A stretch of 64,000 bases of DNA from an uncultured Acidobacteriota bacterium (GCA_963804995.1 CAWDSK010000006.1:864001-928000); one strand, 5' to 3'. Counted from the first letter of the stretch, positions 43,691-54,975 are shown. Notes: generated by a model from the letters alone, not told the origin. Numbers and translations are program-made.

Positions 43691-44773
43691 TTACATTCCC
43701 ACCAGCGGGCGAAGGGTTTCGACTTCTTCCATCGTGTTGACCATGATGTTCAGAAAGAGCCCGCGCGGTTCCAGCCCATCCATCAGGAGTCGTGCTTCTT
43801 CTGGATTGAATGAACCCCGGATCAGCAAGGGTCGCCTGGCCTGCTGAACTTTCTGGAAATGACCCACCATATCCTTGAGGGGTGGACCGCAGACATCGTT
43901 ATTGATTTCAAAACATCGAATCTCTTCGATCTCCAGGAAGGCATCCAGCAAGAACATCGAGGTGGAATGAAGATGCATGAAGCTGTTGGCGAACTGGCCG
44001 GCCAATTTACGGTCCACAGGCTGCACGAGTTTTCGATAAAGGTCCGGAGAGTATACTGCCGTAGCGTCTTCCTGCATGCGAATGATCGGACCGGGTGACC
44101 ACAAAGAATACTGACCATCGAAATATCCGCCGTGGAATAGCGGGAGGTGCTCCCAGAATGCCTGGGTGAACTCGTAGAAGATTTCCCCGAGGCGTCCGAG
44201 AAGTTCAGCGGACCGCTCCGGTTCATCGACGAGGTCAATAATGCTCTGGTTGTGGCCGCGCAGTACTGCGTGCAGATCGGTGGGACCGAGTTCGGCGCCG
44301 TGGCTTACCGGAAAGAGTCCTTGCGATTTCTCGACCAACGCCTGTCCGAAATCCAGATACTTTCTGAACCAGGGGTTTTGAGGATCAAAACGCAACGTGA
44401 GGGCCTGATCCCAGGTGAGGTTTTGCTCTTCACCCATCACGTTGTCGGGCAGGATACGTGCTTTGCACTCCAGCACGCCAGGCAGGAAGGGCACCGCCAC
44501 CTGCGTGGGGCCCGCACCTCGCAGCAGGTCGTCGTCAACCCTTTCCCCTTCCCGCAGCATGCGCAGGTGATCTTCCATAAAGGCTTCGGGAACGATCATC
44601 TCCGGCGTCAGGTATCGCGAAGAGCTCCACGCCTTACAGGCGGCAAACTCAGCGAAGGGAAACCAGCCGACAAAGCTGAAGCCCACGAGAGGCCGCCTCA
44701 CATCCTCCCGGCTCCAGAAGGCCTTATACCTTTTGATTTTTGCTGGATCGTTTCCATACGGCGCTTTGGACAT
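43691..44773 (-). CDS. URO-D/methyltransferase-like TIM-barrel hypothetical protein
   Basis: GPTDL...RG, YSPDLY...P.D and HLH pattern. Confidence 0.6.
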   Translation of the reverse strand: MSKAPYGNDPAKIKRYKAFWSREDVRRPLVGFSFVGWFPFAEFAACKAWSSSRYLTPEMIVPEAFMEDHLRMLREGERVDDDLLRGAGPTQVAVPFLPGVLECKARILPDNVMGEEQNLTWDQALTLRFDPQNPWFRKYLDFGQALVEKSQGLFPVSHGAELGPTDLHAVLRGHNQSIIDLVDEPERSAELLGRLGEIFYEFTQAFWEHLPLFHGGYFDGQYSLWSPGPIIRMQEDATAVYSPDLYRKLVQPVDRKLAGQFANSFMHLHSTSMFLLDAFLEIEEIRCFEINNDVCGPPLKDMVGHFQKVQQARRPLLIRGSFNPEEARLLMDGLEPRGLFLNIMVNTMEEVETLRPLVGM

Positions 44774-44978
44774 GAATGCTTTCCTCAAAGGGGACGTCGC
44801 TCGCGTGAAACTCTAATGCCTGGAAGTTCGGAATGGAAGCGCAAAAGTGCGCCGAGGCCATGGTGCCGGGCAGATTGGTGTCAATTTTGCATTTCAGATT
44901 AGATTAAGAGGTGTTATAACCCTGTGCATTATTCCGGCGATGGGATTGCTGCCGGGTATCGAATGGAGGCTTACTAAG

Positions 44979-47243
44979 ATGAAACGCAGAACGTTTCTGC
45001 AGAGAACCACAGCGGGATTAGGTGTCTTGGCGGGGTGGCCGCGCACGCGCGCGGGAATGGGGATAGCTTCGCCCGCCGTGGCGGCTCCCCTTGGTCAGGA
45101 TCCACCCGTGGATAATTTTCGAGTCCCGGACTGGCTGCGTTACTCGCGAACCATATATTTTGAGGGCTACGCCCCTCCAGTTTTCCCACGAGTGCGAGAC
45201 TTCGATGCCAAGCGTATTGTCGAACTTTCCCTGGAATTGGGCGGGGACACGTTGAGGTTTCAGCCCGTCGGCCACCGCGCTGCCTACCCGAGCAAGGTAT
45301 TTCCCACGTATGCAGAGTTGGGCAACCGCGACTTAATCGACGAAGTTTCCCGGGAATGCCGCCGGGCAGGCTTACATTTTTACTGTTACTGCGTTCTCTC
45401 CAACGAAATGGATGCCAGGCTGGTCAACGATCCTGTGCAGGGGATTTATGTGCTTCGTGATGTCAACGGCAAGCCTTACGGATTTGAGGCCGGTTACGGG
45501 AACGAGGAGGAGATCAAGACGTGTGCCACCGGGGACCCCTACCGGCAAATGATTCGAAAAGTGGTCCAGGAACTCTGCGAACATGACACCGATGGTGTTT
45601 ATTTCGATGGTCCGAGCGGCTATCGGGGTGTTTGCTTCTGCGATTCCTGCCGTAGCGGCTTCAAGAAATTCAGCGGCATGGATCTTGAACGCCTTCGCGA
45701 CGTGCGCGAGCCGGAGGACCCTCCGATAAACGCGGATATGAAAGCGTTGAGCGCATGGTTCGATTGGGCCAACAAACTGGTGGAGGAGGACCTGGTAGAC
45801 CTCCGCAAGATCATCCACGGGAGTGGGAAATTCATCCTTTGCCACAACGGCGCAACGTGGAGGCCCGGGGCATTTCATTTGCAGTACCGGTACTCCGACG
45901 GATTCATGGTGGAGTATAGCGAGCAATTTTATCAGCGCCTGCTGCGGGCGATGATGGGAGCGTCGATGGCCCGGCCCACCAAGAAGCTGGCGCAGACGTA
46001 TATGGGCAGTTACGACGTGGCCGCCATCGGGGAACCGCCTCACGACCAACCCTGGACGCCGCACGCCATGAACCTGGAGGACGGGGACGAGATCCGCATG
46101 GAGGGCTTCGCTGATCTGGCGGGTGGGAACATGCCCCTCTATGCCTCGGTCAACCGTCTGCTGTATGGAATCGGTGACGGCAGCGCGGAGCCGGCAAAGG
46201 AAGTCTTCGCCTTGGTCCGTCGTGCCGAACCCCTCTTCAAGGATAGTGTTCCCGTACCTTATGTGTCGATCGTCCTCACGGCGGAGTCGCTGGAGATGTT
46301 TCGAGCGCATCGCCGCAGTTGGAACATTATGATGAGCGAAGGGTTTGCGCTGGTCATGCTGGACGAGCGCATCAGCTTCGATGTTAATCCCAACACGGAG
46401 ATGAATGCGGATTGGCTCAGAGGCCAGCGGGCCATCGCGCTTTGCGGAGCCTCAGCGATTACGGACCATGACGCCCGCCTGCTGGCCGATTGGGTGAAAG
46501 AAGGCGGAGCGCTGCTGGCCACCTACGATTCGGGTCTTTACAAGGACAATGGCGAGTTGCGGCGAGATGGCGGAGCGCTACGGGAAATCCTGGGTGTGGA
46601 CATGAAGGGAGAACCTCCGGTAAGCGAAGCGGACAGCTATTATCGGATTACCAAATCTCATCCTGCGCTTGGTGATTATCAGGAGGGAAGGCTGGTGATG
46701 GGTGATGGCAAGCTGGTACCCATCACGCCTCGCCCGGGGGCGACCGTTCTGGCGGAATGCCTCAAGCTTGAGACCCAGGAAACTCGCGGTCCCGCAATCG
46801 TCGTCAATCAATACGGGCGAGGGCGGACCCTTTATGTAGCGGGTAGTTTGGAAGCCCAATACATCGCCACGCGCGTGCTTTCGCTCCAAAGAATGTTGGC
46901 GTCCATGATTCGTTACCTGAGGGCCGACGCCCCGCTGCCTTTCAGCCTCGCCGCTCCTCGAGGGGTTTACGGAATTCTCCGCAGTGCGCCCGGAGGAGAC
47001 TTGGTGCTCTGGATCTGCGCCAATGTGGGATTCAAAGACGATACGGTGGGCCGCATGCGGCAGGATTTTCTGCCGGTCCCTAACGTAGTGGCCAAGGTCC
47101 TGATACCGGAAGGGCGACAATTGAAATCGGTCGAGCTGTTTCGAGCGGGACAAACGGCTCCCTTTTCGATGGAAGGCGGATACGCCGTGGTTACGCTGCC
47201 CGTCGTGCACATTGCCGAGGTCGTGCATTTGAGTTTTGCCTAG
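44979..47243 (+). CDS. Tat-exported glycoside-hydrolase-like protein (GHL6 / beta-galactosidase trimerisation type)
   Basis: KRRTFL, DGVYFDG, CFCDSC and WVKEGGALLAT motifs. Confidence 0.75.
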   Translation: MKRRTFLQRTTAGLGVLAGWPRTRAGMGIASPAVAAPLGQDPPVDNFRVPDWLRYSRTIYFEGYAPPVFPRVRDFDAKRIVELSLELGGDTLRFQPVGHRAAYPSKVFPTYAELGNRDLIDEVSRECRRAGLHFYCYCVLSNEMDARLVNDPVQGIYVLRDVNGKPYGFEAGYGNEEEIKTCATGDPYRQMIRKVVQELCEHDTDGVYFDGPSGYRGVCFCDSCRSGFKKFSGMDLERLRDVREPEDPPINADMKALSAWFDWANKLVEEDLVDLRKIIHGSGKFILCHNGATWRPGAFHLQYRYSDGFMVEYSEQFYQRLLRAMMGASMARPTKKLAQTYMGSYDVAAIGEPPHDQPWTPHAMNLEDGDEIRMEGFADLAGGNMPLYASVNRLLYGIGDGSAEPAKEVFALVRRAEPLFKDSVPVPYVSIVLTAESLEMFRAHRRSWNIMMSEGFALVMLDERISFDVNPNTEMNADWLRGQRAIALCGASAITDHDARLLADWVKEGGALLATYDSGLYKDNGELRRDGGALREILGVDMKGEPPVSEADSYYRITKSHPALGDYQEGRLVMGDGKLVPITPRPGATVLAECLKLETQETRGPAIVVNQYGRGRTLYVAGSLEAQYIATRVLSLQRMLASMIRYLRADAPLPFSLAAPRGVYGILRSAPGGDLVLWICANVGFKDDTVGRMRQDFLPVPNVVAKVLIPEGRQLKSVELFRAGQTAPFSMEGGYAVVTLPVVHIAEVVHLSFA

Positions 47244-47423
47244 CGGGCTGGATACCGAACAGTTTTTGTTGTAACAGTGATATCCTGAGCAGGCCGGGCA
47301 GGCGACGCATCAACAGTGATGCCTGCGCAATAAGCGGGGAGGATTGTCGTTGCTTACCGCAGCGAACCGGGGAAATAACTGCGCTCGCATATTTATGAGC
47401 CACAGGGAGGAGGGAACGTAAAA

Positions 47424-48332
47424 ATGAATGCCAATCAAATCGGCGCCTCGGCTGGATACACATTCGCCTATTGGAGTTTGGACTCAACTCTCGAACGGTT
47501 TCTATGGAGCATCGAGCGGCTTAGCGAATTGGGTTACAAGCAATACTCGCTTGAAATCCTGGAACCGCCGCACGTGGCCATCTACGAGAGCAAGGCAAAT
47601 CTCCAGCGGCTGCTCGACAAGGGCCGTGAGAAAGGCGTGAAGTTTTACAATTTCATTCCCTACCACTGTTGTACGAATCTGACCAGCACCAGCAGAGAGC
47701 GGAGAAAACTGGGCGTCCAGCAATTTGCGGAGGGGGCGAAGATTGCCCAGGAAATGGGAATCTCCGTGCTGAACATCGCTTCTGATTGGCCGCCGGAGTG
47801 GGTTTCCAGTTACAGCCCGGAGTACGCCCACGCCCCGGCGGCGGAGTTCCAGGTGCCCTCGCGCGAGGAGTACGGCTGCGTATGGTCCGCCCACGTGGCG
47901 GCGGTATCGGAATGTCTCGATATTGCCCTGAAGCATAATATGCGATTCGGGTATGAGCCGCGTGCCAATTGCCTGGTGTCCGGCGCTGACGGTTTCCTGC
48001 GGTTGTGGGAGAAACTTCCCTCTGACGATTTCTTCTGCGCGCTGGACGTTATGCATTGCGCCTACCACCGTGAGGACCTGCCGGTCGCCATCAAAAAGCT
48101 CGGTTCGCGCCTGGGAGAGATACAGATCTGCGGGACCGACGGGCAGACCTTGAATCATCTTCCTCTGGCGGATGACCTCGCCACCCGGAAAAACCTGAAG
48201 GCCCTCGAGGAGGCGGATTTCAAGGGGATCATCTGCGTCGAGCTTTACGGGATGCCGAGCGAGCAGGTCGACGCGGCCTACCGCGGGGCCCGGGAAATCC
48301 TGGAGCGCCAAATCGCGGCACTGAAATCATGA
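47424..48332 (+). CDS. Sugar phosphate isomerase/epimerase (xylose-isomerase-like TIM barrel)
   Basis: YEP, LDVMH, HLP and VE motifs. Confidence 0.8.
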   Translation: MNANQIGASAGYTFAYWSLDSTLERFLWSIERLSELGYKQYSLEILEPPHVAIYESKANLQRLLDKGREKGVKFYNFIPYHCCTNLTSTSRERRKLGVQQFAEGAKIAQEMGISVLNIASDWPPEWVSSYSPEYAHAPAAEFQVPSREEYGCVWSAHVAAVSECLDIALKHNMRFGYEPRANCLVSGADGFLRLWEKLPSDDFFCALDVMHCAYHREDLPVAIKKLGSRLGEIQICGTDGQTLNHLPLADDLATRKNLKALEEADFKGIICVELYGMPSEQVDAAYRGAREILERQIAALKS

Positions 48333-49570
48333 AATACTTTCGCACAGCGCGCAGTGGAGAGATTGTGGTCCTGCTGCTGGCGGCGACGACGATCAACTAC
48401 ATCGATCGCCAGACGCTGTCGGTCCTGGCGCCCTTGCTCCAGAAAGAACTGCACATCTCCAGCCTGCAGTATTCCTACGCCGTCAATTCGTTTCTGATTG
48501 TTTACTCGCCCATGTATCTGCTGATGGGCCGGGTGCTGGATCGCCTCGGGTCGCGCCGGGGCATGGCGCTGGCGGTTATCTGGTGGTCGGTGGCGGAAAT
48601 CCTGCACGGCGCGGTGGTGGGAATCAAAACCCTGTGCCTCTTCCGGGCCATGCTGGCCATCGGCGAGGCCGCCATCATTCCGGGCGGGGTCAAGGCGGTG
48701 GCGGAGTGGTTCAGTCCCAAGCGACGCGGCGTGGCTATAGGCACTTTTGAAACCGGTCTGAGTTTAGGGCCCATCGTCGCCCCGCCGATGGTCGTCTGGA
48801 TTGCGCTGCACTATAGCTGGCGCGAAGCGTTTGTCTGGACGGGAATCATGGGCCTCGTTTGGACCATCCCCTGGATGATTCTTTACCGGCCTCCGGTGCC
48901 GGTGACAGCTGGGCCGGATTCACCCGCCACACTCCTTGCAGTGCCTGTGGCCTTGAAATGGGCTGATCTCTTCACTTCCAAAAAGGCTTGGGCTGTGGCG
49001 CTAGGGCGATTCTTTAGCGACCCGATCTGGTATTTCTACCTTTTCTGGCTCCCCAAATATATGGCCGACGCCAAGGGACTGAGCATCAAGGTCATTGGCG
49101 AACTAGCCTGGATTCCCTATGTCGCTTCCCTGCTCGGCAGCCTCACCGGTGGGGCATTTTCGAGTTGGCTGGTGAAGCGCGGTACCGACCCTGCCACCGC
49201 CCGGATGTGGGCGCTGTTCGTAGGGATGATCCTCGTGACGTTCGGCGTCTTCTCGATTTATTTGGATAACATGTTTCTGGTGATGGGTGTGATCAGCGTG
49301 GGGGCGTATGCCATGCAGTTCTGGGGCGGCAATCTGGATACCCTCCCCACAGACCTCTTCCCTTCCCATCACGTGGCCGAAGTCGTGGGCTTTGGAGGAT
49401 TGATGGGAGCGCTGGGTGGCATCCTCTTTACTGCCTCCACGGGTTACGTCGTAACGCACTACTCTTACACGCCGATTTGGATTGCGAGCGGCCTGACATA
49501 TCCCGTAGGGTTGCTACTCATGTATGTATTACTGCGGGAGGCTCCCAACGCAAGCCGGGGCGAGCCGTAG
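48329..49570 (+). CDS. MFS transporter, ExuT/hexuronate-like
   Basis: INYIDRQ, DRLGSR and DPIWYFYLFWLPKY motifs. Confidence 0.9.
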   Translation: MKYFRTARSGEIVVLLLAATTINYIDRQTLSVLAPLLQKELHISSLQYSYAVNSFLIVYSPMYLLMGRVLDRLGSRRGMALAVIWWSVAEILHGAVVGIKTLCLFRAMLAIGEAAIIPGGVKAVAEWFSPKRRGVAIGTFETGLSLGPIVAPPMVVWIALHYSWREAFVWTGIMGLVWTIPWMILYRPPVPVTAGPDSPATLLAVPVALKWADLFTSKKAWAVALGRFFSDPIWYFYLFWLPKYMADAKGLSIKVIGELAWIPYVASLLGSLTGGAFSSWLVKRGTDPATARMWALFVGMILVTFGVFSIYLDNMFLVMGVISVGAYAMQFWGGNLDTLPTDLFPSHHVAEVVGFGGLMGALGGILFTASTGYVVTHYSYTPIWIASGLTYPVGLLLMYVLLREAPNASRGEP

Positions 49571-49674
49571 GCGGTAGCACTTGTAGCGCCGACCTTCAGG
49601 TCGGCATGTGCTTCGGGATCGTGGATTTGCTGACTGAGTAAGCGCGCGTGAATACTGCCGAACATATTGTAGCG

Positions 49675-51587
49675 GTTGCGGTAGGGATACCGGTTACCCG
49701 GTACCCCCCGCACGGATCCGTACGTGCGCTGGTTAGCGCATACGGCTCTTATCTCGGATGTGTGGCGGCGAACCGTTGGGATGGCCAAGGATGCACAACG
49801 TGCGGAGCAGGCAACCAGCAGGCCGCAAGCTTCCCCAGTCGGTCCCAGTTGAGGCGGTGGCGTTGACTGCGTTGACGCAGTTGTGTTCGCCACAGTCGGG
49901 TCAACCGTTCCCGAAAGATTCGCAGGCGGTCGAGGTTTCCCGGTACCGCGTGATAGTTGAAGTAGCCTTGCACGACCGACCGGAGCCATTTACCCGTATC
50001 CGCGATGGGATCGTGCCGACGCTGCCGGAGTTGTTGCTTGAGTTCCTGCAACTTCCCCCGCAGGCGCTTGCTGATCGTCTTCCGCTTCACGGTAAATTGC
50101 CCCCTCCGGTTCTTCCCGCTGATATGCGTGAAGCCCAGAAAGTCGAACGTCTCCGGCTTACCTTCTCCTCTCCGTTTCCGGTAAAGTTCGGCAAACGGCC
50201 CGAACTCGATCCGGCGCGTTTTGTCAGGATGCAGTTCCAATCCAAACTTCCCCACCCGCTCCCGGAAATCCTCCAGAAAGCGGTCGGCTTCCGTCTGCGA
50301 TTGGAATCCAAGGACCGTATCGTCGGCATACCGCACCACGACCACGTCTCCCCGGGCGTGCTTCTTGCGCCACGCCTGCACCCACAGGTCAAAGACGTAG
50401 TGCAGATAGATATTCGCCAGCAGGGGCGAGACCACCGCCCCTTGTGGCGTACCCATCTCCGTCTCCGACCATTCGCCTTCCTCCCTCACCCCGGCTTTCA
50501 GCCATTTCTGGATGAGCCGGAGAATCCGGGGGTCGGCGACGCGATGCTGCACGAACTTGAGCATCCATTCGTGGGATATCGAATCGAAAAATCCACGAAT
50601 GTCCGCGTCAAGAACGTAGTTCACGTGCTTCACCGTGAGCGCGTACGAGAGCGCGTCCAGCGCTTGATGCTGGCTGCATCCCGGTCGAAAGCCATACGAG
50701 AAGCCCAGAAAGTCTTCCTCGTAAATCGCCTTGAGGATGGTGACCACGGCCTGTTGGACGATCTTGTCCTCCAGTGCCGCAACCCCCAACGGACGTTGCC
50801 GCCCGTCGCCTTTCGGGATATACGCCCTTCGCGAGGGCTTCGCTCGGAATGCTCCACGGTGGACCCGGCTGTGCAGATCGACGAGTCGACCTTCCAGCCC
50901 GCTTTCATACTCCTGCCACGTCATGCCGTCTACTCCCGGTGCAGCTTTTCGCTTCAAGGCGTAAAAGCTTTCCCGCAGCAGATCGACCGTTAAGTGGTGG
51001 AGCAAGGCCGTGAACTTCATCTCCCTGTGTTCCTTCGCGGCTTTCCGCACACCCGCGAGTCCCTGGGACACGCGTGCCCCGCTCTGTGTCGGGTGCGTGT
51101 TAGGCCAACGGGTGTTCTCCTTGATCAGCGGCCTTCCCTCCTCATTCTCCGCCAACGGCTTCCCGTCTTTGTTCAAATGATTCATCGGTACTGTTCCGCT
51201 GTCCGACTCCTCGAAAGCGTGCAGGCGGGCTGTACGGCCATCGCCTTTTCCCGCCGTCCGGCCACGATCTACGGCGGCCGGCGCCTCCGAGGTCTCCCGG
51301 TTCTCGTGCAGAAAGTGTCTAGGCGTGTCTGGGGTCTACGACTACGCAGGACTGTGCCGGAACTCGCGTTGGCGTCCCGGCCTCATGTTGCCTTCCGTTT
51401 AGTCTGAAAACGTCGGCGTCCTGATTGGACATTTTCGAAGCTCAATACCCAGCCCACCTATTCCCCTGTTTACGCTTCACCGTGCGCCTCACGACGCCCA
51501 GCGCAAAACTCGGGGCCGAGTGGATCGCTGCTCCTTCCTCGTGAGAAATTTTCATTCTCTGCTTTCTGCCGGTTTATCCCGGCGCAC
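49675..51587 (-). mobile_element. Group II intron (IIB-like), 1913 nt
   Basis: 5' GTGCG end, domain V GAGCCGTATGCG...CGTACGGATC, domain VI ending CCCTACCGCAAC. Confidence 0.92.
49749..51185 (-). CDS. ltrA: Group II intron reverse transcriptase/maturase, no endonuclease domain
   Basis: APGVDG, RPLG, GTPQG, YADD and FDFLGF motifs. Confidence 0.95.
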   Translation of the reverse strand: MNHLNKDGKPLAENEEGRPLIKENTRWPNTHPTQSGARVSQGLAGVRKAAKEHREMKFTALLHHLTVDLLRESFYALKRKAAPGVDGMTWQEYESGLEGRLVDLHSRVHRGAFRAKPSRRAYIPKGDGRQRPLGVAALEDKIVQQAVVTILKAIYEEDFLGFSYGFRPGCSQHQALDALSYALTVKHVNYVLDADIRGFFDSISHEWMLKFVQHRVADPRILRLIQKWLKAGVREEGEWSETEMGTPQGAVVSPLLANIYLHYVFDLWVQAWRKKHARGDVVVVRYADDTVLGFQSQTEADRFLEDFRERVGKFGLELHPDKTRRIEFGPFAELYRKRRGEGKPETFDFLGFTHISGKNRRGQFTVKRKTISKRLRGKLQELKQQLRQRRHDPIADTGKWLRSVVQGYFNYHAVPGNLDRLRIFRERLTRLWRTQLRQRSQRHRLNWDRLGKLAACWLPAPHVVHPWPSQRFAATHPR

Positions 51588-51690
51588 CAGACCTCCGCCG
51601 TTGAGGTCTGCGTCTTTTCTTGCGAAATGCCGTAACCCTCAACGGGAGGAATCGGCATTCACAATCGGATGCGTGAATCAGAGTAAGAAC

Positions 51691-51721
51691 CGCAGACCCC
51701 AAAGACGGGGGTCTGCGCTAC
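51691..51721 (-). repeat. GTAG-type REP, inverted partner of the intron target
   Basis: GTAGCGCAGACCCCCGTCTTTGGGGTCTGCG on the minus strand. Confidence 0.8.
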
Positions 51722-51792
51722 CCTCTCTCCCAAACCATCGTGAAGACCTTACTCGCCAAAGTAATTAACTCCGATCCTCTGGAGGCAGAATC

Positions 51793-53787
51793 ATGTATCA
51801 GCGGTATGTCCTCATCATTTTAGTAAGCGTTGCCGTTGCGCATTCCCAGACTACGCCCCAATCGGTTGCGGGAGCGATCGAGGCCTCGATCCAGCCCGTC
51901 CCGGTCACGGCGTACCAGGTGCAGCGTTACCTGATGAACCGGATTCCAAAGCAGCAGCCGTCCGGGAGTCAGGAACTTTGGTCAGCGGAAGCAAACAAGT
52001 TACGCCAGTACATGCTCAATGACATTGCGTTCCATGGCTGGCCGCGCGAGTGGGTAGAGGCGCCACCGCGGTTTGAGGAAGCCGGACCGGTCGAGCACGG
52101 ACAAGGCTACCGCTGGCGGAAACTGCGTTTTGAAATCGTTCCCGGTTACCAGTCGACGGCGATTCTTTATGAACCGGAAAACGCCGGCGGCAAGACTCCG
52201 GCCATCTTGTACGTCGAGGGACATGAGCGCGTGGGTGGCAAGGCCGTGGAATACGCCCAGAAAGCGTGTATCAATTTCGCGAAACGCGGAATCGTGACTC
52301 TCAACCCCGAGTGGCTCGGGATGGGTGAGCTTTTTCAAAAAGAGGATGCGCACGATTACGGCACACACCTGGACCTGGTGGGCGCGAACGCCCTGGGGCT
52401 TTTTTATTTAGCGATGCGCCGCGGGCTCAACTATCTCGCCCAGCTTCCCCAGGTCGACGCCGAACGCCTGGGGGTCACAGGGCTCTCCGGGGGTGGCTGG
52501 CAAACGATTGTGCTCGGCGCACTTGACCCGCGTGTTGCGGTGATGGTGGAGGTGGCCGGGTTTGGCTCGCTCGAATCGAACCTCACTCACCCGGTCGACA
52601 CCGATGAAATCGAGGAGACGCCCACCGATTTCCTGGCGGGCCAGGACTACACGGACCTGGTCGCCCTGCGCGCCCCCCGCCCGACACTTCTGATTCACAA
52701 CGCTGAGGACGATTGCTGCTTCCGCGCAGCGCTGGTGAAGCCTTATATTTTCGACAATTTAAAGCCCTTCTTCCGAATCTTCGGGAAGGAGCAGAATCTG
52801 GCCTTCCATGAGAACCGCGATCCGGGCACGCACAACTACCAGCTCAACAACCGCCTTCAGGCTTACAAGTTCTTCGCCGAACATTTTCATTTGCCCGTGG
52901 TTACTGACGAGATTCCCAGTGGGGCAGAGTTGAAGACTTTCGATGAGCTAAGGGTGGGCTTGCCGGCCGATAACCTGACAACCGTGGGCCTGGCGAAGAG
53001 ATTCGCAGATCGCATCACCCGCCCTGCCATCCCCGCGGACTCCCCGACGCGGGAAACCTGGGCGGCAGCACAGCGACCAATTCTCAAGTCCGTCATTCGC
53101 TATAAGCCGGTGACGGTAGCCAACGCTTGGCGAATGTGGAACACCAAGGACAAGGGCCTCGAAACGCTTTCCTATCGGTTCGATTTCTCGAATGCCCTGA
53201 GCGCCACAGGTGTGTGGTTGAAAGGCATCGCCGCTCCCGCGAACGCGCCGGCGACCGTGGTCCTGAACGACAAAGGCCGCAAGGCGGCGGGGGAGGTTGT
53301 CTCCGACCGCGCCAACCGAGGTGAGCAGGTGCTCGCGCTGGACGTCATCTTCAATGGGGAAATACTGCCGCAAAGCCCCGACCCCACCGATTATGAATTC
53401 ATCGTGGCGAGTATGGGAGATCGGCCGCTGGGTCTCGAAGTGGGTCAACTGATTGGAGCCGCGAAGTGGCTGGCACATACTTCAGGGCAAACCCAGCTTC
53501 GGTTGGAGGTTGCAGGGATGCGCAGCCAGGTGGTTGCGCTCGTGGCCGCGGCGATCGAGCCCCAGTTGTTTTCAGAGGTTGTCGTCACAGGCGGTATGCG
53601 CAGCCTGGGATTTCTCCTGGACGCGGCGGTACCCATGCGCGCGGCACCGGAACTGTTCTGCCTGGATTTGTACAAAGATTTCGACCTCAACCAATTCCGG
53701 GCCATGGCCGCGCCAACGAAAATTACCGAAAAGGATTGGGTGAAGCCGGAGGCCATCACACCTCCCCCGCGCGGTGCCGGCAGGTAA
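51793..53787 (+). CDS. Exported alpha/beta hydrolase (acetylxylan-esterase-like)
   Basis: GLSGGG nucleophile elbow, APRP and THNY motifs; signal peptide. Confidence 0.82.
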   Translation: MYQRYVLIILVSVAVAHSQTTPQSVAGAIEASIQPVPVTAYQVQRYLMNRIPKQQPSGSQELWSAEANKLRQYMLNDIAFHGWPREWVEAPPRFEEAGPVEHGQGYRWRKLRFEIVPGYQSTAILYEPENAGGKTPAILYVEGHERVGGKAVEYAQKACINFAKRGIVTLNPEWLGMGELFQKEDAHDYGTHLDLVGANALGLFYLAMRRGLNYLAQLPQVDAERLGVTGLSGGGWQTIVLGALDPRVAVMVEVAGFGSLESNLTHPVDTDEIEETPTDFLAGQDYTDLVALRAPRPTLLIHNAEDDCCFRAALVKPYIFDNLKPFFRIFGKEQNLAFHENRDPGTHNYQLNNRLQAYKFFAEHFHLPVVTDEIPSGAELKTFDELRVGLPADNLTTVGLAKRFADRITRPAIPADSPTRETWAAAQRPILKSVIRYKPVTVANAWRMWNTKDKGLETLSYRFDFSNALSATGVWLKGIAAPANAPATVVLNDKGRKAAGEVVSDRANRGEQVLALDVIFNGEILPQSPDPTDYEFIVASMGDRPLGLEVGQLIGAAKWLAHTSGQTQLRLEVAGMRSQVVALVAAAIEPQLFSEVVVTGGMRSLGFLLDAAVPMRAAPELFCLDLYKDFDLNQFRAMAAPTKITEKDWVKPEAITPPPRGAGR

Positions 53788-53940
53788 GACCCTTGGATTG
53801 CGCCGCGGCCAACTCAACCACCCCCTAGCCCCAATACTGTTCACGTAAGGGGTTTGTTCCTTTGCAAGTCGTTGCTGGGATACCCCCTCACCCGTCCCGC
53901 ACTATTGCCGCGGAGCGGATTGAGGGCCTTCAGAAAGGCG

Positions 53941-54715
53941 TCACCCTTTCAGCAGCGCCTGGGCGTTCCCTTCAGAGCAACGCTTTCTCCTGATCCGCAG
54001 GCAGGCCAGCTTCCCGGACCTTGAGGTACGCGGATTCCCAGTAGAAAAAGGGAAAGTGCGAACCGAAGAGCACGCGCGTAGGAGAGATTTCCTCCATGAA
54101 CTTTGCCACGCCGCCCACTCCTTCCAGATAGGCAATGTCAAAGTAGACGTTCTCAAGCTTGCCGACTTCTGCCATGTGGCTGGTTCGAGGTCCGCCCCAA
54201 TAGCCGACGTTGAGCGCCTGAATGCGCAGGGTGGGATTCTGTTTCGCCAGATCGACGAGCGGCCCAGGATCCGTGGGCGGTACTTTCATCAGCGGGAACT
54301 GGGTGCGCGGGTCCTCCATGCAGAGCGCAATCTGGAGCAGCATTTTGCGTCCGGCCACGAGCGAGAACAGTTCGGCAGCCGCCGGATCATCCAGCCCGTA
54401 GCCATGATAGCTCGGGTAGAGGCGAATGCCTGGCATCTTGTGCACTTCCTGGCAACGCCGCAGGTCTTCCTGCCAGTCCGGCTCCTTGGGATTGACCGTC
54501 CCGAAGGGAACCAGGAAATTCGGCCCGTGCTGGCGGCAAGCGGCTGCCAGGCGGCTGTTCACACCGGCCACGTCCCGATGCAGCAGCCCCTCATAGCTCC
54601 CCGCCCAGGCTTGCGTTACACCCTTTTTGCGAAGCAGTGCTACAAGCTCAGCAGGATCATCACCCGGTATGCGGCGGAATGGCCAGCGGAACAGATCTAC
54701 GTTGGTGTCAATCAT
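53941..54715 (-). CDS. Amidohydrolase_2 family protein, probable frameshift near 53974
   Basis: MID, GIRLYP and RVLFGS motifs; the GNAQALL tail is in another frame. Confidence 0.8.
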
Positions 54716-54975
54716 GCTGTTATCCCTTTCGTTTTCAAAATGGGTTGTACGAGGCGGCGCATATTCTCACGCAAGATCAGGCGGCGTGTGGAGTCAGGGA
54801 TGTCCGCCCCCATCACCTTCGGAATCGCCGAGGCAAAGCTGCGTTCTTGGATGTCACTGCCCATGCAGAACGCAGTCCGGTCCGAATTCCCGCACAGTCT
54901 CCCGCGCGCTTCGCAAGATATTACCACTGATTGTTGGGGTCGGGCTGCCGTGATCTCCCAACTGCGGATCGGAGG
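54712..54975 (-). pseudogene. C-terminal remnant of a second amidohydrolase
   Basis: GSD...RSFAS..KVMGADI...ILRENMRRL; no N-terminus. Confidence 0.6.

Noticed and set aside
49749..51185. Retron, DGR or defence reverse transcriptase
   Set aside because: Clear group II intron ends, domains V and VI, and a maturase region are present.
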